A DNA stretch of 64,000 bases from Geosiphon pyriformis uo1 (Eukaryota; Fungi; Glomeromycota), in the NCBI GenBank assembly GCA_016748015.1, contig JAAOMT010000459.1:25900-89899 (forward strand), read 5' to 3'. The translations under genes were made by a program, and so were the position numbers. The notes beneath the pieces were generated by a model that was not told the DNA's origin, searched no databases, and saw only the letters and a program-made list of their open reading frames with translations. Each line of letters begins with the position of its first letter. Position 1 is the first letter of the stretch. Shown in pieces: positions 27,778 through 38,616 of the stretch.

Positions 27778-28693
27778 TGTTACAAGTGATTATTTCTACT
27801 GTTGAATTAAATAACAAACCTGTAACTTGGTGCTCGAAAACTACTTCCATTGATGATGTCCTATGAGGGTTATATCTGAAGATTTTGTATCTGAAGGTGT
27901 GGTATCTGAAGGTGTTGTATCTGAAGGTTTTGATGGAGTTCTTTGTATAACAGACAGAGATTCAATAGTGTCAATAGTAGATATATCTTTCCAAAAGTTT
28001 TCCCAATTTCTTTCTCAGCGTGATGGCCAGATTTAGTCTGGCAGTCGTGCCTTTCTAGTAAGCTATCCAATAATATATAAAATCCTACTCTTATTTCTGG
28101 GTCTTTTACCAGGCTATCCTTGACATCAATAACTCAGTGCTTAATCTCTTAATCAATTAGTATACAACAACAAAATCAAAGAAAGAAAGAAAATAAAATA
28201 AAGAAAATAAATAAGAAAATAGAGAAAATAAGCCAAGACAATTTGGTACGTTAGTATCTCATCAATAGCCATGATCAAAAGCTATTGTTCCAGTGTGGTT
28301 AAGTATCAATTACTATCAACATAAAGTGTTGATAGTGAAGAGTAATTTTGAGATATGAAATATTTATTTATTTGATGATTTGTGTTTTGGACTAAGGATT
28401 CTGTCTTATTAATTCTGTCTTTTCTGTTTCTAATACTACTGCTATATATACATAATTGAGATTCTTCAATTTCTCGATTCTTTACAACAGAAATCCTGGA
28501 ATTCCTGGAATCCTGCAATTCCTATGAGAGGAATCCTAGAATTCTAAAATCTTGTAATTTCTCGTCAGGGAATCCTGAAATTCCTGGAATCCTGCAATTC
28601 CTGAAAAGAATCCTGCAATTTCACATTTACTACATCTACTTCTGATTGGCTAATAATTATGCTAATATATTTCCTATATTTCTATGAGTAACA
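27778..28693 (-). repeat. 3' LTR of Gypsy-1 (916 bp, TGTTAC...GTAACA)
   Basis: Terminal inverted repeat, adjacent PPT, and homology to LTRs at 38617, 47647, 48689, 52551 and 52761. Confidence 0.93.
28440..28655 (-). promoter_or_regulatory. Putative U3 promoter of family-A LTRs: CCAAT box, GGAATTCC/GAATCCTG repeat array, TATA box
   Basis: Minus-strand TAGCCAATCAG (~28643-28652), repeat array ~28490-28620, TATATATAGC (~28440-28450). Same order in the other complete family-A LTRs. Confidence 0.55.
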
Positions 28694-28708
28694 TTATTCT
28701 CACCTTTT
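28694..28708 (-). other. Polypurine tract of Gypsy-1 (Gypsy-2 equivalent at 39446-39460)
   Basis: Minus-strand AAAAGGTGAGAATAA and AAAAGGAGGGGATAA abut the LTR TG/TA. Confidence 0.8.
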
Positions 28709-29400
28709 AATATTGAGCTTCATTAAAATTCAACTCATTTAATTCCCCCTCTTGAAGTATTTTCTGGATTTCATTTTCGAGAATTACTTGTGTTATTTGG
28801 GTCTGTAATTCTTCAAATTGAGTATTGGTGATCTTTCCCAATTGATTACTGGTAACCATATCTATTGCTTTGCTACACAATATTTCTAGTCTATTCTAAA
28901 ATGCTGTGTGTATTTGGTATATGGCTCAAGTCTGTGTGGCTAAATTGTTCTTTCCCACAAAATGTTCTAATTGTTGTAGTATTTTTTTGTTAAATAATTG
29001 CTTTGTTTTATCTGTATATAGATTCTGAATATTTATGTGTTGCCCCAAGTAAAAGTAACAATAATTTCTTAGAAATTGTTGTATTCATCAATTCTAAGTT
29101 TCTTTAGTCAGCTTTTGATATAGTGCCTCTTTTGTTGACTTTTTTATTGCTAATTTTACTTTTGCAATGATTTTGTCCACCGTATTTTCAGTTTTCTTCT
29201 TTGTTCTGAGTTGCAATGTCTTTCTAGTATCTTGATATCAAATGGTTTGTTGATTAATTGTAATCTCCATTTCCTGGTGTTGGATTAATTGAAAGAGTTG
29301 TTGTGCTAGTGAGTGAATATTGTCTGTAATTTCTATTTTTCTGATATTTCCTGTTGCGTCTACCATGTCTTTATATATTCTTTTGCTGAATTAATTTAAT
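28707..29400 (-). pseudogene. Gypsy ORF3 of unknown function (~230 aa) between integrase and PPT; homolog in Gypsy-2 at 39459-~40150
   Basis: Both copies translate to similar peptides (EITD.I..LAQQLFQLIQ, RN.CYF.LG.H.NIQNLYTDKTK, GKITNTQF.ELQ..ITQ.ILE, AQY*). The stop codon overlaps the PPT. Confidence 0.75.
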
Positions 29401-32400
29401 GTATTGTTGTTGATAATAATGATTGGTTCCAGATCTCGTGGAATTTCATCTGGTTGGACTAGTATTCTCTGTACTCCTAATTGGGAAATATTACTGGTAG
29501 ATCGTAGTGTGATGTTGTGATATGGTTTTAGTTGATCTCCATGTGCTGCTTTGGTTAAAATTTTGTTATCTAATCTTAATTTGTAAGCTCCATTTCCTAG
29601 AATTTTTTCTATGTGAAATGGTTTGTCCTATTTGGGGTCAAATTTTCTACTCCATTGTTTTTTTGCTTTGGTACGATATAGTAATACTTTGTTTCCAATC
29701 TTGAATTCAACTGGTTTGTCTGGTAGTTGACTATTGTGTCTTTCTTTCTGTTTTTCTTGTGACTTTTAAATATTATTAACTGCTTTTCTTTGTTTGTTTT
29801 CCAATGTTTCTATTAAGTCATATGTTCTTTTCAGCAATGTTTCTTGAAAATTCTCTTTTGTTATTGGTTCAGCTGGATATGTATTAATTTCTCTCTCTAT
29901 TGGTAATGTTGCTGTTCTATTATATACTAATTTAAATGGTGTTGCTTGTGTAGTATCTTGCTTCATTGTCCGATAAGCAAATAATACTGATAGTATGAAC
30001 AAATCTCATTCATTCTGGTTTTCTTGGCTGAGTTTGACAATTGATTCACACAATGTTCTGTTGAATCTTTTGACTAATCCATTGGTTTGTGAATGGTATG
30101 ATGATGATAATAGTCTCTTAATTCTGAATCTTTGGCTTAATTCTGTTAATGTTCTGTTCACAAAATGAGTTTCTTGGTCTGATAATAATTCCTTTGGACA
30201 TCCATGTCAACAAATTAAATCTTGATAAACGAATTCAGCAACGGATTCTGCATCTGCTCTTTGAATTGCTTTTGCCTCTGGCCATTTAGTGAGATAGCCC
30301 ATGGCTACTGCTATATATCTGTTTCCTTTGCTGGTGATTGTTAATAGTCCAACTAAATCAATTCCAATCTGGTCAAATGGTTGTCCCACTTTGATTGGTC
30401 TTAACGGTTTACTGGATTTCATACCTCCTCTTTGCTAACAGGCATTACAATTTTGAACATATTGGATGATGTCTGGATACATTGATGACCAATAGTATCT
30501 TTTTCTGGTTTTTTTTATGGTTGCTTTTTTATGAAAATGTCCTGCTGTTGGATTTGAGTGCATGTTGAATAATATTGTCTCTTTTTCTGGCTCTGTAATT
30601 ACTCTGGTTGGTTGATCTGAATCTTTTCTATTTTTCTAATAAAGTATATTTTGGTGAGTAATAAAATATTTTGATTGTTGTTTGATACTTTTTCATTCTG
30701 TTTGAGATAAATTCTCCTTGAACTGTTGAGTGTTTATATAATGTTAAAGTTGTTGATATTTTTGTATGTTCATTTTTTGTTATATTTTTCGTTGGTATTG
30801 TTCTGGTTTTGTTATATTTTTGTGTTAAAATATTCTTAAATTTGTTTTATTTATGACAAACCATTGGCATTTTCATTGTCTTTTCCTTTCTTATAGTGTA
30901 TAGTATAAGTATATCGTGATAGTGCCATTTTCCATTTGGACTGGTGGCCATCATCAAATTTTTGCTTTTGAAATGATGTTAACCCTTTATGATCTGTGTA
31001 TATATCAAACTTTTGGCTCAAGTATTCATTCCACTTCATAACTGCCCAATAGATTGCTAAATGTTCTAATTCAGGTGTTCCATAGTTCTTTTTGGCTGGT
31101 GTTAGACCTCAGCTGGTATATGCTACTGGATGTTTTCTGCCGTCTGGTCTCTTCTGAGATAGTACTGCTCCCAATGCTTGGCCAGATGCATTAGTGGTAA
31201 TGATGAATGGTTTGTTGTGATCTGGGTAGATCAGTACTAGAGCATAAATGAGCTTTCTTTTCAGAATATTAAAAGCTTCTTGTTGACTTTCTGTCCATTC
31301 ATATTTGGTATTCTTGATTTGCAGATTATTGAGTGGTTGAGCTATCTTTGAAAAGTTTTTTATAAAGCGTCGATAGTAGCTTGCGAATCCCAAGAATGAT
31401 TTCAATTCAGTCACATTGGTTGGTACTGGAAAGTTTTTTACTATCTCTATTTTCTCTGGATCCATTTTGATGCCATCTTTGCTGACTATATGTTCCAAGA
31501 ATTTTAGTTCTGTCTTGCCAAAGAAGCACTTTGTTGCATTTAACTTTAGTTCTGCTCTTCTCAGTCTTTTGAACACTTGTTGAAGATGAAGAAGATGATT
31601 ATCAAATGTTTTTGAGAATACATTGGTGTCATCCAAGTATATAACTACTGATTTCTACAATAAGCCAGTATAGACAATTTCCATTAGCCATTGGAAAGTG
31701 GCTGGTGCATTGATTAAACCGAATGACATTACTTCAAATTCAAAATTCCCTTCTCTCATGGTGAATGCCATTTTCTCTTTGTCAGCTGGATCCATGGCTA
31801 CTTGCCAGTAACCACTGTTCAAGTCTAATATTGAGAACCATTTGTTCCTGCCAAAAGCATCGAATAATTTTTGTATCCGTGGAATTGGATAGCTGTCTCC
31901 ACGAATTACACTATTGAGTTTCCTGTAGTTTACACTATTTTTTTTATGGACGAGTACCACTGGTGATAACCATGGGCTCATTAATGACTGAATTAACCCA
32001 TTGTCAAGCATTTGGTAGATCTCTTGATGGATGATTTCATGGCTGGCTAGTGGTACTTTGTATGCTTGCTGTTTGATAGGCATTGCATCTCTAGTATTAA
32101 TCTGATGCTGGATGATGTCAGTTTGGCCAAACTCATTTTCGCTGGCAAAGATGTTATTGAACTGGTTAAGCAACATCTTGAGTTGCATACATTGAAGTGG
32201 ATCTAAGTTTCCCATGTTTATTTGTTCCAATTGTTCTGGTTGGAGCAAATAACATTCACTTTGTCCATATATTGTTTGTGATGTGATATTGACATATCCA
32301 CAAAGTTGTAGAAAGTCTGGAATGAGATTTGGTGGTTGATCCTCCATTTCAGTATTCAAGTATCCAATAATAGTTCCAGCTGGTATTTCTATGACATTTT

Positions 32401-32653
32401 TTGTATTGTTGTAGATGGGAATTTTGATGTGGCTGTAATCTTTGGCTGGTATGTAGAGATTCATGAGTCTAACCTCTCCTGATTCACAAAGACTGGCTTC
32501 TGCTTTAAAAATTTGTGCTTGGTTTTTTCCCTTCCTTTCTATTGCTAGCATGTACTGATTATATGGTAAAATGAAAATAGCTTGACCGGTTGAGATAATT
32601 TCTCCTTGGTCAACAATTTTTTCTTCTGCCATATTAACTGGTACATCTATTTT

Positions 32654-33046
32654 ACCCGTTGATCTGAATCCCTGTATTCCTCTCACTGTTATTCCTAATT
32701 CCTCCCTCTTTCCTACTGATACTAACTGAGCTATTTTAACCAGAGACAGGAATATTGCCTGTGCTATCTTTTCATTGGGCTCTATTATATAGGCCTTTTC
32801 TGAGTTATTTTGTAGCATAGCAATAATATTTCCTACATATCCCGTGTCAATTATTCCTCCTTTTATATTAATCTCTCTTTTTGCTAAACTACTCCTGGAT
32901 GCTAATTGAATTATTGTTGTTACCAGAATTTCTAGTGCTACTTTCAGATCAATGCAGGTGTGTGAATGTAGTTCCAATTTGATGGCTTTTGTTCCTGGAT
33001 ATCTTAGATCAAATCTTACATCAGTATCATGCATGTGTTCTGGCAT
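32654..33046 (-). pseudogene. dUTPase domain in Gypsy-1 pol (also Gypsy-2, 43385-43781)
   Basis: All five trimeric-dUTPase motifs are recognisable: xFDL, SRSSLA, GIIDTGYVGNI, KIAQAI, RGIQGFRSTG. Confidence 0.9.
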
Positions 33047-33308
33047 AATACCTTTCCCATTGTTATTATACCATTTCAACTCTTGTTCCTTGGAGAGATC
33101 TGGTAGTGCAATGTATTGTTTATAGTTTAAATCGGAGTTTGAATTTGAGTTTGAATTATCTTTGTTGTCATTGCCATTTTGAACGGAGCTGGAACCAGTG
33201 TTTTCGTCATCATCGTCAAAGTCTAGATCACAATTGATCAGCAATTCTAATTCTAATGCACAGCTGTTAATTGGTTCTTCTTCTTCAGAGATCATGTAGA
33301 TCATGCGT

Positions 33309-34033
33309 TGTTACGGGATGGTTTTCTTGTTATATTTAATTGCTGATATCCCGCTTTAATTGCAATCAGTCTTTCGTGAGTTCCTCAATTCTATTTGTGT
33401 GATAATGTCACTGTTACACTGAAGGCTTTCTTTTTACTGTTGCGATGTAAGTTATTCTTTAATTCTTGATTGTTGTGTGTGTTTATGTACTCCTTCTCAG
33501 AGGCTGAACTGAAATCTACCCACTGTCTGGGGTCTTCTTTGAGGCTATCCTTGCAATTGCCTGATGTGTTTCTNNNNNNNNNNNNNNNNNNNNNNNNNNN
33601 NNNNNNNNNNNNNNNNNNNNNNNNNNNNNNNNNNNNNNNNNNNNNNNNNNNNNNNNNNNNNNNNNNNNNNNNNNNNNNNNNNNNNNNNNNNNNNNNNNNN
33701 NNNNNNNNNNNNNNNNNNNNNNNNNNNNNNNNNNNNNNNNNNNNNNNNNNNNNNNNNNNNNNNNNNNNNNNNNNNNNNNNNNNNNNNNNNNNNNNNNNNN
33801 NNNNNNNNNNNNNNNNNNNNNNNNNNNNNNNNNNNNNNNNNNNNNNNNNNNNNNNTGCTGCTATCACCAGTTGGTGTTGGCTGCTATTGTGAACTGGTGC
33901 TTGCCACTATCGCGAGATGGTGTTTGCTACTATGTTAATCATTACCTTTCTAAGATTATTACTGTGCTATATTATGATTGAATAGTTTGTATTATTTTTA
34001 TGATTCTTTTTGCTAAATTCTTAAACCATAACA
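33309..34033. mobile_element. Family-B LTR inserted in Gypsy-1 pol with 4-bp TSD GCGT; spans an assembly gap
   Basis: TGTTACGG...CATAACA, flanked by GCGT at 33305-33308 and 34034-34037. Removing it restores IYNPPPRMIYMI. It is the reverse complement of 37177-38051. Confidence 0.9.
33574..33855. other. Assembly gap (282 N)
   Basis: Run of N. Confidence 1.
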
Positions 34034-37000
34034 GCGTGGTGGTGGATTGTAAATGAGGTCACAATCATCACAATATTCAAAGTCACTGGGAATTAAACAA
34101 TGGTAACACAGTCTTGTATTCAACTGTGCTAGCCATTGTTCTTGCTCTTCTCTAGTGGGTGCCAAGTTTTGGTAGTGTTCATAGAACTTTTCTGGTTCCA
34201 GAAAATTTATGACTGGCTTTGCGTCCTAGTCAAGCTTGATGGGTTTTGGTGGATTGTTTTTAATTGTTCTGATTTTTTCTGGTAACGCATCTTTAATTTT
34301 GGCAATTGCCATTTGCCATAATTCATCATTGTCGTATGGACAACTGTCCAATTGCTGTACAGCTCTTCTCCCAGTGGCTTCTATGGGTGTTCTTTTTTTG
34401 ACCCAGTTACTAATGAGGATTGTGTATTGACAGAACACATCACACGTTCTTCCTCTTCTCAGAATGTCATTCCACATTTCTTCATCTAGCAGAGTCTTCC
34501 CACAAGTGAGACAAGGTTGGCTATCCCATTTTTCTTGCCTCTTTGGTCATTCAAAGTGTTCGAGTAAGCATGGATGACAGTAGAACTTTGTTGCAGTGTG
34601 GTATTCTTCATCATCGCCACAACATGCACCCATTAATAACAGTTTCTTGCTGCAATCAATGCACACAAGCCTTGATCATTGATAATTGGATTGTTGTGGA
34701 GTGTGGTAGGTGTAGGAATTATAAATAACAGTGGTTGGCAGTGTTCCTTCTTCCTTTTCTTTTCTTTTTCCTTTATCTTTGTTCTATTCCCAACTGGAGG
34801 CTTCTTCTTGTTCGTTGTCAATCCAAGTCAGATCATCAGTTTCCCAGGTAAGTTTGTTTGTCTGCTTTCTTTTTCTGTTGTCATCCCAAGAGAGTATTGG
34901 TGGTAGCTCATTGTGTTCTTTGTTAGCTCACGACACTTGGTAGGCTTCCCAGGTAGGTTTTGGTTTTTTTTCCTCAAAGTCGATTAGTGGTGCCGTGGTG
35001 TTGATAGCCTTGAAATGGCCACACATTGCTGGTATGCGCATGTGTCACCTGTTCTGGCTGAATTGGAGTTCTTGTGTATTCCAGTCCAGAGTGGCGTTCG
35101 TCTTGAACAGCCAGTCATTACCAACTAGAGTTTGGTATTGGGTGGCTTCCATAACAAGTACTTTGATTGGTACTATGATGCCGTTAATTTTGATTGGTAA
35201 GTCATCAATTTTACCGATTGGAGTCTTGGTTGCTCCATCAGCCATGATAATTCTGACACTAGTGGCTCGATCAACTCGGCGGCCTAATAAATCTATAAGT
35301 TGTCGTGTGATGATGCTGCTTGCTGAACCACTGTCAAGAATTAGTTTGATGTGATGGCCATCAATTTTTGCATCAGTGTACATGGCAGTAATTGGCTTTT
35401 CTTCCAGTGCGGCTCCACTAAATAATGGCATGATTGACAGTTCCTTGAGTTTGAATAGAAAAATGGCGTCCAGTGATTTGTCATTGGTGACTGTTGCTGG
35501 TGAAATATTGCTGGTACATGTTTGTTGTTTTTGAGTGGATTCCTGGTTGCTGGGTGAGGCATCTTCTGGGGTAATCAAGAGACTTAAATAGTTCTGGAAA
35601 TTTGGGTTTTGGGGATTCCTGGTGCCTGAATTCCATTGACAAGATCCTGTTTGACTGAAGGAGCTGGGGATCAGTTGATGAACTACCATTGATGATCTCC
35701 AGTTTTGCTATGTGATTCTCGGCCTTTGGACTTCACTGGCCAGTAAGTTTTATGGTGGGATCTGAATTGTTTGGGGTTAATAGATTGTTGGTGATTGTGG
35801 TTGATACATTACCTGTGGCTGTGGCTGATAAATTGGGGCCGTTGGTTGATAATTTGGAGCTTAATATACTGGTGGTTAATAAATTGATTGCTGCATCATT
35901 GGCAGGTAAGTAGTTTGATTTTGTTTTGAGTTTGATTGATAATTCGGAGTTGAAAACTGGCGATCGGAGTTTCGATATTGATTTCCCAATCATTGGTTAT
36001 TTAAATGCTGGCAGCAGTCAATTTGAATATGTTCTTGTTTACCACAATAGTGGCAGATATGTATTTCCTATTGCCACTGTTGATTGGTTGATAAAGATGG
36101 ACATGATTGATTTTGGGCATGATTAAAGGTTCTTTGATTATTGCGTCGTTGTGGAGGCTGATAAATGGTGTGATTGTTAGCTAAGTATCCTTCTAATCTC
36201 TTATTAATTAATTTACTAAACTTCTCCCATTTGGAATCCAATTCAGATGATCCATTCATTACTAGATTAATGGCTTGGGTGTAATTAACCTCTGACTCAG
36301 TGGATTCAAAATCTCTGACACATGTGACTGCGTCTTGAAGGATACCTGGATGCAGCAGGCATACATGTTACAAGATGCTGCTGTGCAGGCCATGGATAAA
36401 CTGATTAAGTATCTGTGGTGCTGTAAAATAGTTGGCGTCAATTGCTTGAATTTGGTGCAGATTTTGATGGAAGCGTCCCAAGTAAGTGGTGACTGCTTCA
36501 GTTTCTCCTTGTTTTATGGTGGTGAATGTATTGACTAGGCAATTGATGCTGTTATTGTTGCTGAAGTATCTTAGGAATTCTGTTTTGAAGGCATTGAAAT
36601 CTTGTGGTTTATTAACCAAGCTCTGATACCATGAATTGGCGGTATCCTTGAGAAAGTAGAGAATGGCTTGCATTGCTCGGCCATCATTCCATCCATTGGC
36701 TGTAATGGCTTTTTTTACATCATTCAGCCATACTTGAGTGTCATCCTCTTTACCAGTAAAGTTGTCAAGTTTTGCGATTGGTGCATAGGCCATTGGATCT
36801 AAGTTAGGTAGTTGTGATGGCTGTTGAAGCAGTTGTTGTGGTATTGGTTGTTGGGGTGGTAGTTGAAGTGGCTGTTGTATGGGTTTGGCTATGAATTAAT
36901 TGGCAGTTGATTAATGACAATTACTGGAGGTAAGTTTTGATTAATTAATTCAGGGTTTGGATTGTTCTGTCTTTGATGATTTGGAGTTTCAATTTCTGAA

Positions 37001-37176
37001 TTTTCTAGATTTAGATTTTGTTGAGTTTGAAAATTCGGGTCTTCTAGGATCGGGTTTTGGTAATTAAATTCCTGATCCTCATCTTTGTCTTCTTCTGATT
37101 CAGTAATTTCCTAGGGACTGATGGTTCCGAAATCTGGCTGATGAAGCGGTGATTAAAATTCTGATGGTGTTGGCGA

Positions 37177-38051
37177 TGTTACGGTTTAAAAATTTAGCAA
37201 AAAGAATCATAAAAATAATACAAATTATTCAATCATAATATAGCACAGTAATAATCTTAGAAAGGTAATGATTAATATAGTAGCAAATACCATCTCGCAA
37301 TAGTGGCAAGTATCAGTTCACAATAGCAGCCAACACCAACTGGTGATAGCAGCAAACACCAGGTTGAAATATCAAAAAGAAAGTATTACAAGGTGTTTTC
37401 TCATAGAACTACAAACATGTATATATACAGTAGTTTTAATATTGGGAAAAAAAATCAAGTAATAAAAATCATAACTTATCAAGCAATAGATCCAATTTTA
37501 TCTAACAAACTCCATTTTAAATCATACTTTCAAATTAAATATCCCAAGAAACCTTTAAATCAAAAAGAAATGAAAAAAGAATATTTAAAACTGAATTATC
37601 ACAACTCAAAGTATTAAGAAACTTACTTGTATTATTTATTGAATGAAACTATCATTTATTAACTGAATTTCTTGGAAGAATAATCCTTGATCAAGATTAT
37701 TCACGTTGTTACTAATTGATAAAAGCTTTATTGTAAGAATTAGAAAAAGCACTAAAGACCATTAATATTCTGTGTTTCTAGATTAGAGAAACACATCAGG
37801 CAATTGCAAGGATAGCCTCAGAAAAGACCCCAAACAGTGGGTAGATTTCAGTTCAGCCTCTGAAAAGGAGTACATAAACATACACAACAATCAAGAATTA
37901 AAGAATAATTTACATCGCAACAGTAAAAAGAAAGCCTTCAGTATAACAGTGACATTATCACACAAATAGAATTGAGGAACTTACAAAAGACTGATTGCAA
38001 TTAAAGCGGGATATCAGCAATTAAATATAACAAAAAAACCAATCCGTAACA
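37177..38051. mobile_element. Family-B LTR (875 bp, TGTTACGG...CCGTAACA) with non-matching flanks
   Basis: 8-bp terminal inverted repeat. The left flank is Gypsy-1 gag; the right flank is the 5' UTR of LINE copy 4. Confidence 0.88.
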
Positions 38052-38616
38052 ATGAGAGTGGAAAAATTTTTGGAGAAATTGGTTTTTTTTTCTTTTTACT
38101 CTTTGTTTCTCTAAGTTATTTCATCCAACACATCTCTTTTTGTCATGATAAAACAAATAGGCTTATCTGTAAGTAATTTTGGTTCAGTTTTGGCTGGGTT
38201 GGAGACCCAGTCTAGTAACAAAAAAAAGACACATATTGAGAGTATTTACTCTCATAGTCCTTCATTCAAAAAAACAAAAAAGCCTAAGACTTCTAATGTT
38301 ATGGTGAATTTGTTAGCTGGATCTTTGTCTGTCAACATATTGCAAGCTATTGGGGTTAAGTGTACTAGATCTTGGGATAATGAAATAGACAGCAAAAAAA
38401 ACAGTATTAGTAAAGTGTTGGATGTAGAGAATATAAAGAACACAATTGCTAAAGAAATGAGCTATATTGACTCTAATGCTTCTGAGATAGATGACATAAT
38501 AGATGATACTACTTCAAAAAAAACACAAATGAGGACTTATGTGTTGAGACAACTACCAAAAGTGCTTTCTTTCAATACTTTGAGTAATAATGGTGCCAAA
38601 TTGGTGCTCTCAGCAT

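Larger units (their letters stand above)
27778..37176 (-). mobile_element. Ty3/Gypsy element 1 (family A): 3' LTR, ORF3, IN, RNase H, RT, dUTPase, Cys-rich domain, protease, gag; 5' part lost
   Basis: gag APIAKLDNFTG and CHYCGKQEHIQIDC; LILDSGS; LDLNSGYWQV, MSFGLINAPATFQ, YLDD; TNASGQALGAVL; GH..YYW..CNAC, IGIDLVG. Domain order is PR-RT-RH-IN. Confidence 0.95.

Noticed and set aside
28490-28620. CRISPR-like array
   Set aside because: Eukaryotic LTR repeats without unique spacers or cas genes.
29420-29720. Chromodomain at the integrase C-terminus
   Set aside because: The region reads as a GPY/F-SH3-type tail ending EPIII, with no chromodomain aromatic pattern.
33391-33938. ORFs containing long X runs
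   Set aside because: Artefacts of the N gap.
33309-38051. Inverted family-B LTRs as TIRs of a DNA transposon or as inversion breakpoints
   Set aside because: The first has its own TSD and the enclosed Gypsy segment keeps its original orientation.
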